Of a stretch of 64,000 nt of DNA, positions 27,304 through 39,100 are shown piece by piece. The position numbers and the translations under genes were made by a program. Numbering within the stretch: position 1 is the first letter of the stretch; each line of letters starts with the position of its first letter. The stretch lies in IMG/VR virus record IMGVR_UViG_3300013383_000003; one strand, 5' to 3'. This DNA is from an uncultured virus (IMG/VR IMGVR_UViG_3300013383_000003) (lineage: Duplodnaviria > Heunggongvirae > Uroviricota > Caudoviricetes > Crassvirales). The notes below the pieces were generated by a model. It ran no database searches. It was not told where the DNA came from and saw only the letters and a program-made list of their open reading frames with translations.

Positions 27304-28599
27304 ATGGCAATAACAATAACAAGCAGATTTAAGCCTTTTACATATGAAGAGCTTATAAGGCCATTACTACAATATAGAGAAGCTTATGATAAAGTAGAAG
27401 CAGACTATACTACTTTAGCTACACAAGCTGAAGCATGGAAAGATGCTGCTAATAGGGAAACTAATCCCGAAGCATATAAAGCTTATACTAAATATACAGA
27501 TGACCTTAATAAAATTATAGAAGACTTTAGTAAAGGTATGAATCTTAATAATAGCAATACTCTTAATATGAAAAGAAGATATGCTAGTGAAATTATGCCT
27601 ATAGCTAAAGCTGCAGAAGCACAAAGAGAAGCTAATGACCTAAGAGTAAAAGCAGGTCCTGATGCCATATTTGAAGTTGGTAACTATAATTCTTTAGATA
27701 ATTTTCTTAATGGCAAGGTGGCTAATAACAATTATATAAGCAAAGAAGCTCTAATGAAAAGAACTGCCATGGAAACAGAAGCTGCCATGCAAGCTGCTAT
27801 GAATAATATTGAGTTTAGAAAGATATTAGGTGACCAATATTGGGAAATGGTACAGCATAATGGGGGTTCTTATACAGACCTTAGGGATGCTATAGTTAAT
27901 AACCCCCAAGCTCAAAGTATATTTTCTGAAATTAAAAAGCAGGTAATGCAGGACTCAGGATATAATAGATATGATGATAGAGGAAAACAAGCTATAGAAG
28001 AAGCTATAAATACTGGGTTATATGCAGGACTTGATAAGCCAGCTAGGTCATTCCAGGCTAATCAAGCTTATCTTAATCCTTTACAAGCAGAAAGCCTACG
28101 CCAATCTAGAGAAGAGTTTAAATGGAAACAAGATGCCAGAGAACCTATTTCTATAGGAGATAGCTCTTACTTAGACCCTATTACAGGACTTACATTTACT
28201 AAGGATGCTGCAGGAAAGAGAATCTATGATTTAACTTATAAAAAGAATCCTAATAGTTCTACTGGAAAGAGCTCATCTGTAAGTTCAGGAAGTAAAGGTG
28301 GAGGAAGCACTTCTAACAGAGAATATAGACCTAAAGGAGTTACTGTATATGACACAGAAGATGGCAGAGTAATAGAACATGATGTTACTGGTGCTTTAGA
28401 CTTAGAAGACTATAAAGTTATTCCTTATAAGGAGCTGTCAGACCATGATAAAAAAATAGTAGATAAGCATCTTAATGGTGCTACTCCTAATGGGGTAACT
28501 GTTTATAGAAAACATGGACATTTGGCTGTAATAACTAATCCTTCAGAGATAATACCTACAGGGGATAATACTGATACAGGAGAGCATACTGATATTTAA
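27304..28599 (+). CDS. virion cargo/ejection protein 2
   Basis: N-terminus SRFKPFTYEEL..P; helical, no Cys. Confidence 0.6.
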   Translation: MAITITSRFKPFTYEELIRPLLQYREAYDKVEADYTTLATQAEAWKDAANRETNPEAYKAYTKYTDDLNKIIEDFSKGMNLNNSNTLNMKRRYASEIMPIAKAAEAQREANDLRVKAGPDAIFEVGNYNSLDNFLNGKVANNNYISKEALMKRTAMETEAAMQAAMNNIEFRKILGDQYWEMVQHNGGSYTDLRDAIVNNPQAQSIFSEIKKQVMQDSGYNRYDDRGKQAIEEAINTGLYAGLDKPARSFQANQAYLNPLQAESLRQSREEFKWKQDAREPISIGDSSYLDPITGLTFTKDAAGKRIYDLTYKKNPNSSTGKSSSVSSGSKGGGSTSNREYRPKGVTVYDTEDGRVIEHDVTGALDLEDYKVIPYKELSDHDKKIVDKHLNGATPNGVTVYRKHGHLAVITNPSEIIPTGDNTDTGEHTDI

Positions 28600-28609
28600 G
28601 CTATAGTAT

Positions 28610-31600
28610 ATGGAAGAAAATAAACTAAAAGGACTACGGAAGCTACAAGGTCTCCAGGGCATTTCTAAGGAAGAACAAGAAATTTGGAGAACTATTAATA
28701 GAGAAAAACTTAAAGGCAAGGATAGTAGATATGAAGACAGACTTTATAGAAATCAACAATTTGTTAAAACTTTCGGTAAGGAAGCTTTGTTATCTTATAA
28801 TAAAAATCAAAGAGATGCTATATATAAAGACTATGTAGCTAATGAGATATTTAAAGAGACATATAGTCCTTATACAGGTAAGGTAGATAAACTTGGTAAT
28901 CCTATAGTAGACCCTAATAAAGGTATGGGTAACGCTGAGGAATATGAGAAGTATAACAGTATGACCGCTGATGGTAAGATTAAACTACTTGAAAGTGGTT
29001 GGAAGTCTGAAAATCAGCTAAATAACTTATTAAAAAAGAGACAAGAATCTCACCGAAAGGCTTTAAGTAATACAAATGCTTTTATTGGTGCTCCTGCTTA
29101 TGCTCAAGGTGCAGCACTTTATTCAAAAGAAGTTACTGACTTTACACCTATAGCTGAAGTATATTCTAAGGGAAAAAATAATGCTATTATTGATAAAATT
29201 TATAGTGATGATTTAAAAAAGCAAACTAAGTTATTAGATAAAGAAGTTGCTGTTGAGTATGATACTAATATTAGAAACCTAAGTGATGATGAGGTAAACA
29301 AAGAGTTTATGCAAAGAATAACTCCTAGTGAAAACAGCTTAGGCAATAATAACTTTAAAGCCTTTTTTCATGATGGTAATAATATAGAAAGTGAAGTAAA
29401 GGATTATAGCATAGATGATAAGAGATTATATCTTGCTAAAGCTAATGTTTATAATAAATACTTTGGGGCTTATACTGCTAAAGATGCTTTAGAGTATGAG
29501 GCTCAAGAATATATCAGTGACCATCAAGATATTATAGACTATAGTGGGGCTTTAGCTAATGATATTGGTATAGCAACAATGTCTTATACAGCATCAAAGG
29601 TTAATGGTATTAGGCAAGGTATAAATCGCTTTAGGGGAAATTCTTTAGTGTGGATAGATTCAGATGGTAATATAATAGCTCCTAATAAAATAAAAACTGC
29701 TAGTAATGGTGCTCATTATTATACTAATAATGAAGGTTATAATACCATAGTAAAGCAGAGAGAAATGAGCATAGCAAACCTTGATTTGTTAGGTAAAGAT
29801 GCTGATGGTTATGATTTACCAAATATTTTTAATAATCAATACTGGTCTGATGCTGAGCAATTTGGTACTCTTAATAAAGAAGAACAACAAGAATATAAAA
29901 AACTTGGTGTATCTCCACATAAAGTAATGTATAAGCCTGGAGAAGGTACAGATTATAAGTATGAGACTGCTAAGATGCTTTCTTTTGGAATGGCAGATGC
30001 ACTTATTAATCTCTTACCTTATGGGTTAGGATGGGCAGGAAAAACATTACAAGGTGCTAACACTTTTCTTAATGCTACTGGTAAAGTAATGCAGTGGTCA
30101 GGAAAAATGTCTGGAGCTATACAACCTACTGCAAGTGCTATAGGTCTTGGACATCAGTATGGTATAGGTACTTTTAATGAGGGGTTTGCACAGAATATGG
30201 CAAATCTTGAAGAAAAAGTATATAATAATATAGAGACTGAATTTAAAGAGAAGTATCAAAATGATGCTAAGTTTAAAGCTAGTATAGATAAGCAAGTTCA
30301 AGCTGAATATAATAAATTAAAGAAAGAGCAACAAAGGCAACTTTCTGCTGGAGAAAATAATATGCAAATAGCTGACCAAAAAGTTAATGATGAGTTACTT
30401 AAAAGGCAAGCTATGAACAATGTAGGTACTGCTTATAAACAAGAAGAACTAAAGAAAGCTAGAAACTCTGATAAATATTTTAATAGTGTTTCTAAAGCTA
30501 TAGAGGATGCAGGTGTCAGTGCCACTGCAATGGCTGTTACTGATGCTGCAAAGTATAGTATAGTAAATAACTTTGGATATAGAAAATATCTTTTTGGTAC
30601 TGCAGAAAGTAGAAAAGTCTCTGCTCTTAAAAAAATGTCTGATAAAGTTTCTGAGAAAGATGGTATTTTAAAGTTTAATGGGCTATTAAACTTAAAGGAG
30701 AATGCTAAAAAGTTAAAAACCGCATTATCAGATGCAGAGAAAAGAGCAGTACTAGCAGAGAAAGCAAAAACTATAGGTAAGATAGTTAAAGACCAAGCTA
30801 TTGGAGGAGCTTGGACTAATTACACTGATGAAATGCAGTCCTGGGGTAGTAAACAGATTAATGAAGATATGTTTACCTCTTACCTTAATAATACCTATGA
30901 TGTGGAGTCTGCTGTGGACTTATATAATGCTTTAGACGGAGTAGAATCTTTCCTTAAAGGTGCTACTGGTTCTATAGGTAGAAAAAGTAATACTGATGCA
31001 GGTATTGTGGGAATAACAGGTTCTTTATTTACACTAGCTCCTAATGTGGCAGGTATATTGCATGCCTTTACTAAGGAAGGGAAGAAACAATGGTCTAAGG
31101 CTACTAATGGAGAAAGAATAAATATGATAGTCCAGCAAGGTATTTTGAATAATTACTATGCAAAGAAACAAGCAGAAGCTGAGATACAAAGAAGTGTAGA
31201 CATGGTTAATACACTTAATCAACAAAATGATAATTTTACATCTTTAAGACAAGTACTGACTTTAAATAGAGCTATTGAAAATGCTACAAACCAAGAACAA
31301 AAGAATATACTGACATATCTTCAAGCACTTACATCTATACAGAATTTACATAAATTTTCTACAGATGTAGGGGTACAAGAGCAATCTTCCTCTAGAATAA
31401 AAGAGTGGTTTAGAAAAAAGTTTGGAGGAGATGAAAGTGCATTAGATGCAGTAGCTGCACAATCTACTATACTCACAAAAGCTTTAGCTGAATTAAGTGA
31501 AATTACTTCAGGGAATTTTAATGATGCTACTAAGAAAGAACTCCTTGCAGAGTACTATGCTAAGAATCCTGATAAAGCACAAACAGAAGAAAATAATAAT

Positions 31601-34600
31601 AAAGCTCTAGAGGAAATTACTAATAATGCTAAGTCTTTGATAGAAGCTGAAAGTAAGTGGCAAGAAATTGATGCTAAACTTAAGCAAGTAGAAGAAGATA
31701 GAGGAGAACCTATTAATAGCAAAGCTAGAGAGAAGCTACTTACAAATTCTGCCTTAGATAGTTATTATGGTGAAAGAATAAATACTTTAGAAGAAAAAAT
31801 TTCTGGTAAAGCTGCTAATACTTCTAGAGAATTTATAGGAGAAATTTATGGTAAAGCTAAAGCAGTAAAAAGACAAATAACTACATTAGAAAGAGATAAG
31901 AAAGAAACAGAAAGAAGGATTCAAAGTGCTAAAGATGCTTATGAAAAAACAGAAGCTTTATTAAAGAAATATGAAGAAACTCATGATTTTGAACATCTTA
32001 GTGATTTTGAGAAAACTGAATATAGAGAGCTTGTGCAAAAAGCAGAAGCTGAAAGATTACAATTAGAATATCTTCAACAACTATCGGAGCAACAATCTTC
32101 TAAGATAGAACAACTTACTGAATATACTAAGGAAACTAACTCAAGAGTTTTAACTAAGGAAGAAATTTTGATGTTACCTTCTGAAGCTAGAGCTTTTATG
32201 CTGGATGAAAGCAATCTTAATAGATATTCTAAGGAGCAACAGAAGGTATTAAAAGAATTAACAAAGGAACTTAATTTAAAAGACCCTTCTATATTACAAT
32301 CTATTCAAGACCAAGCATATTTAGCAAGACTAAAAGAAGCTAATGCCAGTGCCTATAATATGATACTTAGTAATCCTGAAGCTGCAGCTGTACAGTTACA
32401 AGTACAGCAAGAAATCAATAGTTCACAGGTTAATAATTATATATCACGTCTTATAGGAGAACAGCTTGATAGAGCTGTCAGAAGATTAGCTCGTGAAAGT
32501 AATATGTCTAAAGAAGATATAGGAAATGTGCTATATAGTAAATTAAGGGAGTATAACCCATATATATTAGATTATCTTTACAATACTAGAACTGATGAAA
32601 AAGGTCTTGGAACTATAGCTACTTATAAAGAAATTATGCAGAAGGCAAAAGATTGGTCTGAGATGGTGGCCAATATAAGAAATGCTATAGATAAAATGGA
32701 ACTTGATGATACTACTACTAAATTATTCAGTAAAAATATAGAACATCTTATAGATGAGGCAGGTTCTACAGAGGAAGCTATGCAAATCCTTAATGACATT
32801 AGTGAATCTATGGATGTATCTACAGAAGATAGGGCCAACTTCAAAAAGCTTCTTAGTATGATTGATGGTATAGAGAAACAAAAAGCTTCTACAGTAAAGG
32901 AAACTAAGGAAAGCAAAGAAGCTAGACAGGAATCTCAAGAAACTCAAGTCAAACAAGAAGAGAAAAAAGTGCAAGATGCTGAAAACAAAGTTGATATAGA
33001 GAAATCTAATGAAAAAAATGCTCAAGAAGCTATCGAAGTTACTGATAAAGAAGCTGCTAATGATAACTATACAGAGGAACATAAAGAAGAAATAATAACC
33101 AATGGAGAAGAAGCTCCTACAGAATCCCCTAACTTAGATAAACAAGTAGCAAATACTAAGAGCGAAAAACCTATTACAGTAAGAGAAGTAACTACAGATG
33201 TTACTAATCAAGGTAATACTTTACAGTCTTCTTCTAGTGATATGTTAGGCAATACTATGTATGGTTATGATAATAAGGCTCTTGAAGAAGATGGTAAGGA
33301 AGTAGTAAGAGCAGGTTCTGACCCTAAAGATGCTATGAGCAGATATTTTAATTGGCTTCATAATGAAGGTATTAAATTACAAGAAATCATTGATAATGAA
33401 CTTCATAGCATTTCAAAGGTTAATAAAAAGATAGAATTACTTTATGTAAATCCATTACAGAATGCTACAGATGATGCTGCTCTTGGTAATTTTACATTAT
33501 TATGTGTTGAATATACAGACGAAGTAGCTAAGATTCATAAAGAAGAAAGAGGAGGAGTAGTAACTGCTGGTGGTAAAAAATATCTTATAGTTGGAACTTT
33601 AGGTTTTGCTAAAAATAATACTGCCCAAGGGGATGCTTTTAGAAGTATTACAAGACAGGGGCATCAGCAAAGAGATTCTTATTTTAGAGATAATCCTACA
33701 GAAAGATTCTTTGTAGATAAAAGTATGTCTACAGAAATAGAGCAAATGACTTCTGGAAGAATTGTTAGAGAAAAGATTGGGGATTCTGAAACTAAAGTAA
33801 GACCTATTACAGAAATATTGAATGATTCTAGCAGGAATCCTAAAGGACTTAAGCTTGTAGACCTTAAATGGGGTATTCAGTATGGTAGAAAATTTGCTAC
33901 TGTGGGAGTTTCTGAAAGAAATACAGTATATCCTCCTAGAGATTCTATTAGCAACAGCGGAGCAGTATTTGTACTTATAGAAGCAGCTAACGGTAATTAT
34001 ATTCCTGCTGCTATAAAACCAACTTTACTAGGAGATATTCAAGAGGGGACTTTTAAAACCATACTTAATAATTTATTTAATGAACTTACTTCTGTAAACT
34101 ATAATGATAGGAAAAAAGCTATTAGTCAACTTGTACAGCTACTTGTATTAAATAAGAATGGTAATAATATTCTTATAGGTAAAGAGGGTATTAATACTGT
34201 AAGTATAGTAAGGGAAGGTAATATATTAAAGACCTTTAATGTTGCAGATAGTAACTTTGATAGAATGGAGTTAATTAGAGCTATCGAAGACTTAAATCCA
34301 AGGATAAATATAACTCTGTCTACTCTTAGTGACCCTGTGTTATTACAGGCGTTTGCTGATGCAGGAGCTTTAAACACTGATATAGCTAAGCTAGGTACTT
34401 CTAATGCAGGATTTACTGTTAGTGCTATAGATGCTGAAGGAAAGCCAATAAAAACTGTTACTATAGAAAATAAAGAACCTAATCTTGAAGGTAACAGCGA
34501 CCTTGCAAAAGCTAATTATAAGCAGCAACACTCTATATACTATAAAGGAACTCTGTATAGAGAGAAAAACAATAAATGGTATACTGATAATTGGAAAGAA

Positions 34601-36106
34601 GTTACTGATATAGATACTATACAGCAACTTAAACTTTCTAACTATATTAGAACTAATAATTTATCCCCAGTATTAGTAAATAGTAGTAAGCAAAAAGGAA
34701 AAGTTGTAGAAGTTTATGTTATTAATGATTCTAAAGTAATAACAAAAGAAGATGGAGTATTAATAGAAAGAAATGAAGAGGATTCTAAAAAAATTACAAC
34801 ATACTTACGTAATAAGCAGTTACAAAAAGATAGAGAACAAAAAGCTCAAGAAGAGTTAAAAACTAAGCAACCTGAAGCATCTGAAAACACAACTCCAAAA
34901 GTACTTACTGATGAGCAGCTTATAGCTCAAGGTAATGGTGACTTTACTTCTACTGCTAAACCTCAGTCTACTGACTCAGAGGTAAGAGCACAAGAAGTAG
35001 TTGATAGAATTATCACTGATACACATGATATAGTTCTTGATGAAAAGAGAAGTATCTACACTGATTCTACAGGCAAGGAATATGCTAGAGTAACTTCAGT
35101 AATACAAGCCACAGAAGGTGCAAAAAGATTTTACCCTAATAGTCCTTGGATTCTTCCCTCTACTAAAATTGGCACAGGCATAGATGAGTTTGTAAGAGAC
35201 TTCTTCGCAGGGAAACTAGGTAATCTAGAGAATCTACATAAAAGATACCCAAATGCTTCTTTACCCCAGCTCCAGGCTTTTGAAAAGCAGTTAAAGGAGC
35301 TAAAGGCAGACTTTGATAAGAAAGGTCTTACAGTAGTTCCTAGAGATGTTACAGTAACAGGTGAAGTAGAAGTAACAGATGCTAATGGAAAGAAATATAA
35401 ACTTTCAGTAGCAGGAACTTTAGATTTACTTGCTTATGATAAAGATGGTAACTTCTACATCTTTGACATGAAGACCAATAGAAGTATTCCTAATGATAAT
35501 AAAGCTTCTAAATGGAGTAAGCAATTATCTTTGTATAAGCAATTCTTGGAAGAGAAATATGGTATCAATGTGAAGGGTACTGAAATTATTCCTATAAAGG
35601 TAAGTTATCCATCTCCTTATGCAGTTAGTTATAAAGCGGAGGGCAATCAACTATCAACTACTGTTGATGGTCTAGAGGAATCATTTAGAAGTTCTAAGCC
35701 AATTCTTTATCCCAATATACCAATCTCTACTAGCCCTGTAAAAGTTGAATATAATCTACTTACTAATGAAGAAAGGTCTATGCTATCGCCTATCATAGAT
35801 GGTACATATAACCCCACTACAGGCACTATAAACAAAGAATCTGTAAATAAGAGCAATGAAGACATTAATAAGACAGGTAACAAGTCATTAGCTGAATTAC
35901 AGGCTAGTGCTAATACTAATCCTACTGATATTAACTCAATACTAAAGAACAGAACTTATAGTAGAAGAGTAAGAGAAGTACTAAAGAAGAAAGGTTTTAA
36001 AGGTAAACCTTCTGAAGTAACAGAGTGGTTAAAAGAGCATAATATGCCAAGTACTAATATACAAGATATTGATGCTTGGTTAGATATGTTAGAAAACTGT
36101 AGATAA
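28610..36106 (+). CDS. giant virion (ejected) protein with C-terminal PD-(D/E)xK nuclease domain
   Basis: 2498 aa; RVTSVI...AGTLDLLAYD..G..YIFDMKT...QLSLY near the C-terminus. Confidence 0.8.
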   Translation: MEENKLKGLRKLQGLQGISKEEQEIWRTINREKLKGKDSRYEDRLYRNQQFVKTFGKEALLSYNKNQRDAIYKDYVANEIFKETYSPYTGKVDKLGNPIVDPNKGMGNAEEYEKYNSMTADGKIKLLESGWKSENQLNNLLKKRQESHRKALSNTNAFIGAPAYAQGAALYSKEVTDFTPIAEVYSKGKNNAIIDKIYSDDLKKQTKLLDKEVAVEYDTNIRNLSDDEVNKEFMQRITPSENSLGNNNFKAFFHDGNNIESEVKDYSIDDKRLYLAKANVYNKYFGAYTAKDALEYEAQEYISDHQDIIDYSGALANDIGIATMSYTASKVNGIRQGINRFRGNSLVWIDSDGNIIAPNKIKTASNGAHYYTNNEGYNTIVKQREMSIANLDLLGKDADGYDLPNIFNNQYWSDAEQFGTLNKEEQQEYKKLGVSPHKVMYKPGEGTDYKYETAKMLSFGMADALINLLPYGLGWAGKTLQGANTFLNATGKVMQWSGKMSGAIQPTASAIGLGHQYGIGTFNEGFAQNMANLEEKVYNNIETEFKEKYQNDAKFKASIDKQVQAEYNKLKKEQQRQLSAGENNMQIADQKVNDELLKRQAMNNVGTAYKQEELKKARNSDKYFNSVSKAIEDAGVSATAMAVTDAAKYSIVNNFGYRKYLFGTAESRKVSALKKMSDKVSEKDGILKFNGLLNLKENAKKLKTALSDAEKRAVLAEKAKTIGKIVKDQAIGGAWTNYTDEMQSWGSKQINEDMFTSYLNNTYDVESAVDLYNALDGVESFLKGATGSIGRKSNTDAGIVGITGSLFTLAPNVAGILHAFTKEGKKQWSKATNGERINMIVQQGILNNYYAKKQAEAEIQRSVDMVNTLNQQNDNFTSLRQVLTLNRAIENATNQEQKNILTYLQALTSIQNLHKFSTDVGVQEQSSSRIKEWFRKKFGGDESALDAVAAQSTILTKALAELSEITSGNFNDATKKELLAEYYAKNPDKAQTEENNNKALEEITNNAKSLIEAESKWQEIDAKLKQVEEDRGEPINSKAREKLLTNSALDSYYGERINTLEEKISGKAANTSREFIGEIYGKAKAVKRQITTLERDKKETERRIQSAKDAYEKTEALLKKYEETHDFEHLSDFEKTEYRELVQKAEAERLQLEYLQQLSEQQSSKIEQLTEYTKETNSRVLTKEEILMLPSEARAFMLDESNLNRYSKEQQKVLKELTKELNLKDPSILQSIQDQAYLARLKEANASAYNMILSNPEAAAVQLQVQQEINSSQVNNYISRLIGEQLDRAVRRLARESNMSKEDIGNVLYSKLREYNPYILDYLYNTRTDEKGLGTIATYKEIMQKAKDWSEMVANIRNAIDKMELDDTTTKLFSKNIEHLIDEAGSTEEAMQILNDISESMDVSTEDRANFKKLLSMIDGIEKQKASTVKETKESKEARQESQETQVKQEEKKVQDAENKVDIEKSNEKNAQEAIEVTDKEAANDNYTEEHKEEIITNGEEAPTESPNLDKQVANTKSEKPITVREVTTDVTNQGNTLQSSSSDMLGNTMYGYDNKALEEDGKEVVRAGSDPKDAMSRYFNWLHNEGIKLQEIIDNELHSISKVNKKIELLYVNPLQNATDDAALGNFTLLCVEYTDEVAKIHKEERGGVVTAGGKKYLIVGTLGFAKNNTAQGDAFRSITRQGHQQRDSYFRDNPTERFFVDKSMSTEIEQMTSGRIVREKIGDSETKVRPITEILNDSSRNPKGLKLVDLKWGIQYGRKFATVGVSERNTVYPPRDSISNSGAVFVLIEAANGNYIPAAIKPTLLGDIQEGTFKTILNNLFNELTSVNYNDRKKAISQLVQLLVLNKNGNNILIGKEGINTVSIVREGNILKTFNVADSNFDRMELIRAIEDLNPRINITLSTLSDPVLLQAFADAGALNTDIAKLGTSNAGFTVSAIDAEGKPIKTVTIENKEPNLEGNSDLAKANYKQQHSIYYKGTLYREKNNKWYTDNWKEVTDIDTIQQLKLSNYIRTNNLSPVLVNSSKQKGKVVEVYVINDSKVITKEDGVLIERNEEDSKKITTYLRNKQLQKDREQKAQEELKTKQPEASENTTPKVLTDEQLIAQGNGDFTSTAKPQSTDSEVRAQEVVDRIITDTHDIVLDEKRSIYTDSTGKEYARVTSVIQATEGAKRFYPNSPWILPSTKIGTGIDEFVRDFFAGKLGNLENLHKRYPNASLPQLQAFEKQLKELKADFDKKGLTVVPRDVTVTGEVEVTDANGKKYKLSVAGTLDLLAYDKDGNFYIFDMKTNRSIPNDNKASKWSKQLSLYKQFLEEKYGINVKGTEIIPIKVSYPSPYAVSYKAEGNQLSTTVDGLEESFRSSKPILYPNIPISTSPVKVEYNLLTNEERSMLSPIIDGTYNPTTGTINKESVNKSNEDINKTGNKSLAELQASANTNPTDINSILKNRTYSRRVREVLKKKGFKGKPSEVTEWLKEHNMPSTNIQDIDAWLDMLENCR

Positions 36107-36145
36107 AAAAATAAGCCAGTAGGGAATTTCCTTACTGGCTTTATT
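36107..36145. terminator. bidirectional terminator between convergent arms
   Basis: A-run, AAGCCAGTAGGG-AATTT-CCTTACTGGCTT, T-rich tail. Confidence 0.85.
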
Positions 36146-36151
36146 ATTATA

Positions 36152-39100
36152 TTATTTTTGCATTATATTTTTATTGAATATATTGAAAACACTTTCATCT
36201 TCTCCCATATTATATATTTGCTCTAACTGTCCATAGAAAGGCACTGTATATTTTTTAATATTTCTCCAATATTTATTTTCTCCTTTATGTGGTCCTGATT
36301 TAATTGTTTCCCCTATATCATCTATACATACAAATGGGTATAATAAAGAATTGACTGTGTTAGTAGCAGCTACAGGACTATTTATTAAAGTATTCATCTC
36401 CATAGGAATACCCCAAGGAGTAGAACCATTTACATCTACTGTAGACCTTTTAACTTGATACATAAACATCCTTAACCACCATCCTCTTTTATGTTCATCT
36501 GGTTCTCCAAGAGCAAATCCCAAGGTTAATAAACAAGATAGTACACTTAGTTCAGTAAGTGCTCTTCTAACATTAGCTTTTTGTAAAGTATCTAATTTAT
36601 TCCAATGAGCCCCTATTTGGAATTCAAGATTTATAGCATCTTTAAATAAGTCTGCTGCAAAATCAAAAGTAGTTCTATAAAACCCTTCTCTATATTCTTC
36701 TAGTCTAGCATCCCAATGTTTACTCCTATACCTTCTAGCGTAATGTTCTATCATCCATTGCCTCATATTTAAAATAAGCCTACCTGCCATATATTGCTGT
36801 ATATACCCTTTATCTTCAGTATTCATAGCACCTTGAGTAGTCTGATTGACATACCTTATTTTCTTTCTAATAGTTTGTATAAAGACATTATCTATAGGAA
36901 CTTCTTTTTCTTCATTATTAGTATAAGTAGCATTCTTATCAAATACTAATTCTGAATTACCGTCTTTGTTGTTTTGTATATTAAATATATCATATAATGA
37001 GACTTCTTTGCCATTTAGTTTTACTTTAGTATTATGTAGTACTGCATACATTGTGGTAAATCTAAGAAAGGCATCCCCAGCACCATAACCTATCATAGAT
37101 AAATCAGTACTTATAAGTTTATTTATAATACCTCTGTCATACCTTTTATGAGAAGCTCTTTCAAAATTATCATCTGTTGGGTCAAATAATTGTCCAAGCA
37201 AAGCTGCTTTACTGTTTTTACTATTAGTGACCCAGTCAACTATTTCTCCTGGTGTTTTTGTAACAGCATTTCCAAATAATTTAGCCTCTGCCCAAGCTAA
37301 ATCTTTAAAACCAAAAAATTCTCCTCCTCCTGCTTCAATGATTAATTGTAAATTACCCACAGTAGCATTTGAAATCATACCTTTAACATTCAAAGCAAGG
37401 TTCTTTATAGATGTATATTGTATAAGATTTCTAAGTAAATAATGCCACTTTCCTATTTTAACATGTTCACCATATATAGCACTGTTTATAAAGCCATTTA
37501 CAAGTGATATAGTATTAGACTTATTAGAAAATGCAGTCAATGATTTAAAGATTCTTATACCATTATTTTCTATAAGTTCTGCTTTCCTTTGGTTAGAACC
37601 ATCAGAAGCTGCTACTTCTTGATTTACTATATAATCTTGCATAAATTCTACAGTATCTTTAATATTATTCATAGCTTCATAATTAATAGCTGTGCCTGCA
37701 AGATGCTGTATTGCTGAAGAAAAATCTTTAAATAATTCATTGGAGTCATTAATTTTATTAATGAAAAATATAGGTATTTGCCTAAAAGGAGTATTATCCA
37801 TAGTACCACTATATAATGTATATTCCTCGGTATTTACCGTGCCTTGCTGTCCATATCTAGTATCATCTTCTCTTATGGTTACAAGGTCTTTAAATTTATT
37901 TCTTAAGGCTTTTACAATTCCCTTGAAATCTCCATTCTTTATAGATTCTCTAGTAGCATCCCAGAAGGACCTTCTAATTTGAGGAGGTACATACTGTCTT
38001 TGTGCATAAGGAGGTAATAGTGTTCCTAACTCTCCTTTTATTTGCATCATAGTATCATAGTATTCTTGTTGCTCCTTAGTAAGCTGTGGGAATGGTTTTC
38101 TATAATTACTATTAGGGACTCTTTCAGTTCTACCACTTACTTTATCCACAACTCTATCCTCAGTATTGGCCTCTTCCCAATTATCCATAGCTTCTTTTAA
38201 AGATAATCCCTTATATCCTAGTTTTTCAAGTCTCATTTTATGAGTGTTCTTATGCCTTATGTAAGTATTCCAATCTATATCACTAATGATATAGCCATTA
38301 TTTTCATACATAAATGCAGAAGTACTTCCTGATTTTCTTAAAGCATTTTCTGCTCTCCTAATTCTAAGGGATATATCATTCATCTTTGCATCTCTACCAC
38401 TTTGGGCGTCTCTTATTATATTACCCATAACAGCAATTAAGGGATTAGACACAGTACCCATACTATAAAGAATATCATAGATAGAGGAGTCAGCGTTAGC
38501 CATACTTACAATATTAACCACAGCTTCTCCATTAGGCAGTTTATCCCCCAAGAATTCTGTAGCTATATTAGTCATATTTTCTACTTTGAGGTCTTCTATA
38601 ACATTTTTATATTTATCAAAGAACCCTACTAACTTAGAAGCTTGGTCTTTAAGGTTTTGTATTTCTTGAGTACTCATATCTTCATCAGTAAGCATAGTAT
38701 CTGCTTTTGATAGAGCTTTTAAAATATGTTCATAACCTTCTGTAATCCTTTTTACTTGCATTAAAGTACTGGATAAAGCAGCAGCTTTTTCTAAATTAGT
38801 ACCACTTTGTGGGGTATTTTTTATTAAAGTCTCTAATTGTTGTATTTGTAAAGTAGCTTCTCCTAAAAATCCTAATAGTCCTGCATAGTAGTTATTACCA
38901 CTTAACTCTTTAGTAATTATACTAAGAGTTTTTTCTACTCTAAGAGCTTCTGGAGTAACTCCTTGAGTTGATACAATTTGATTTAGTTGTCTTTGTAGAG
39001 TAACAGCAGCTTCTGATGCAGCTCTAGATAACGACCTAATTCTATTACCAATTAATAGTACTTCATTAAAATCTATCTTATATTGTTTATTTAAGCTCTG

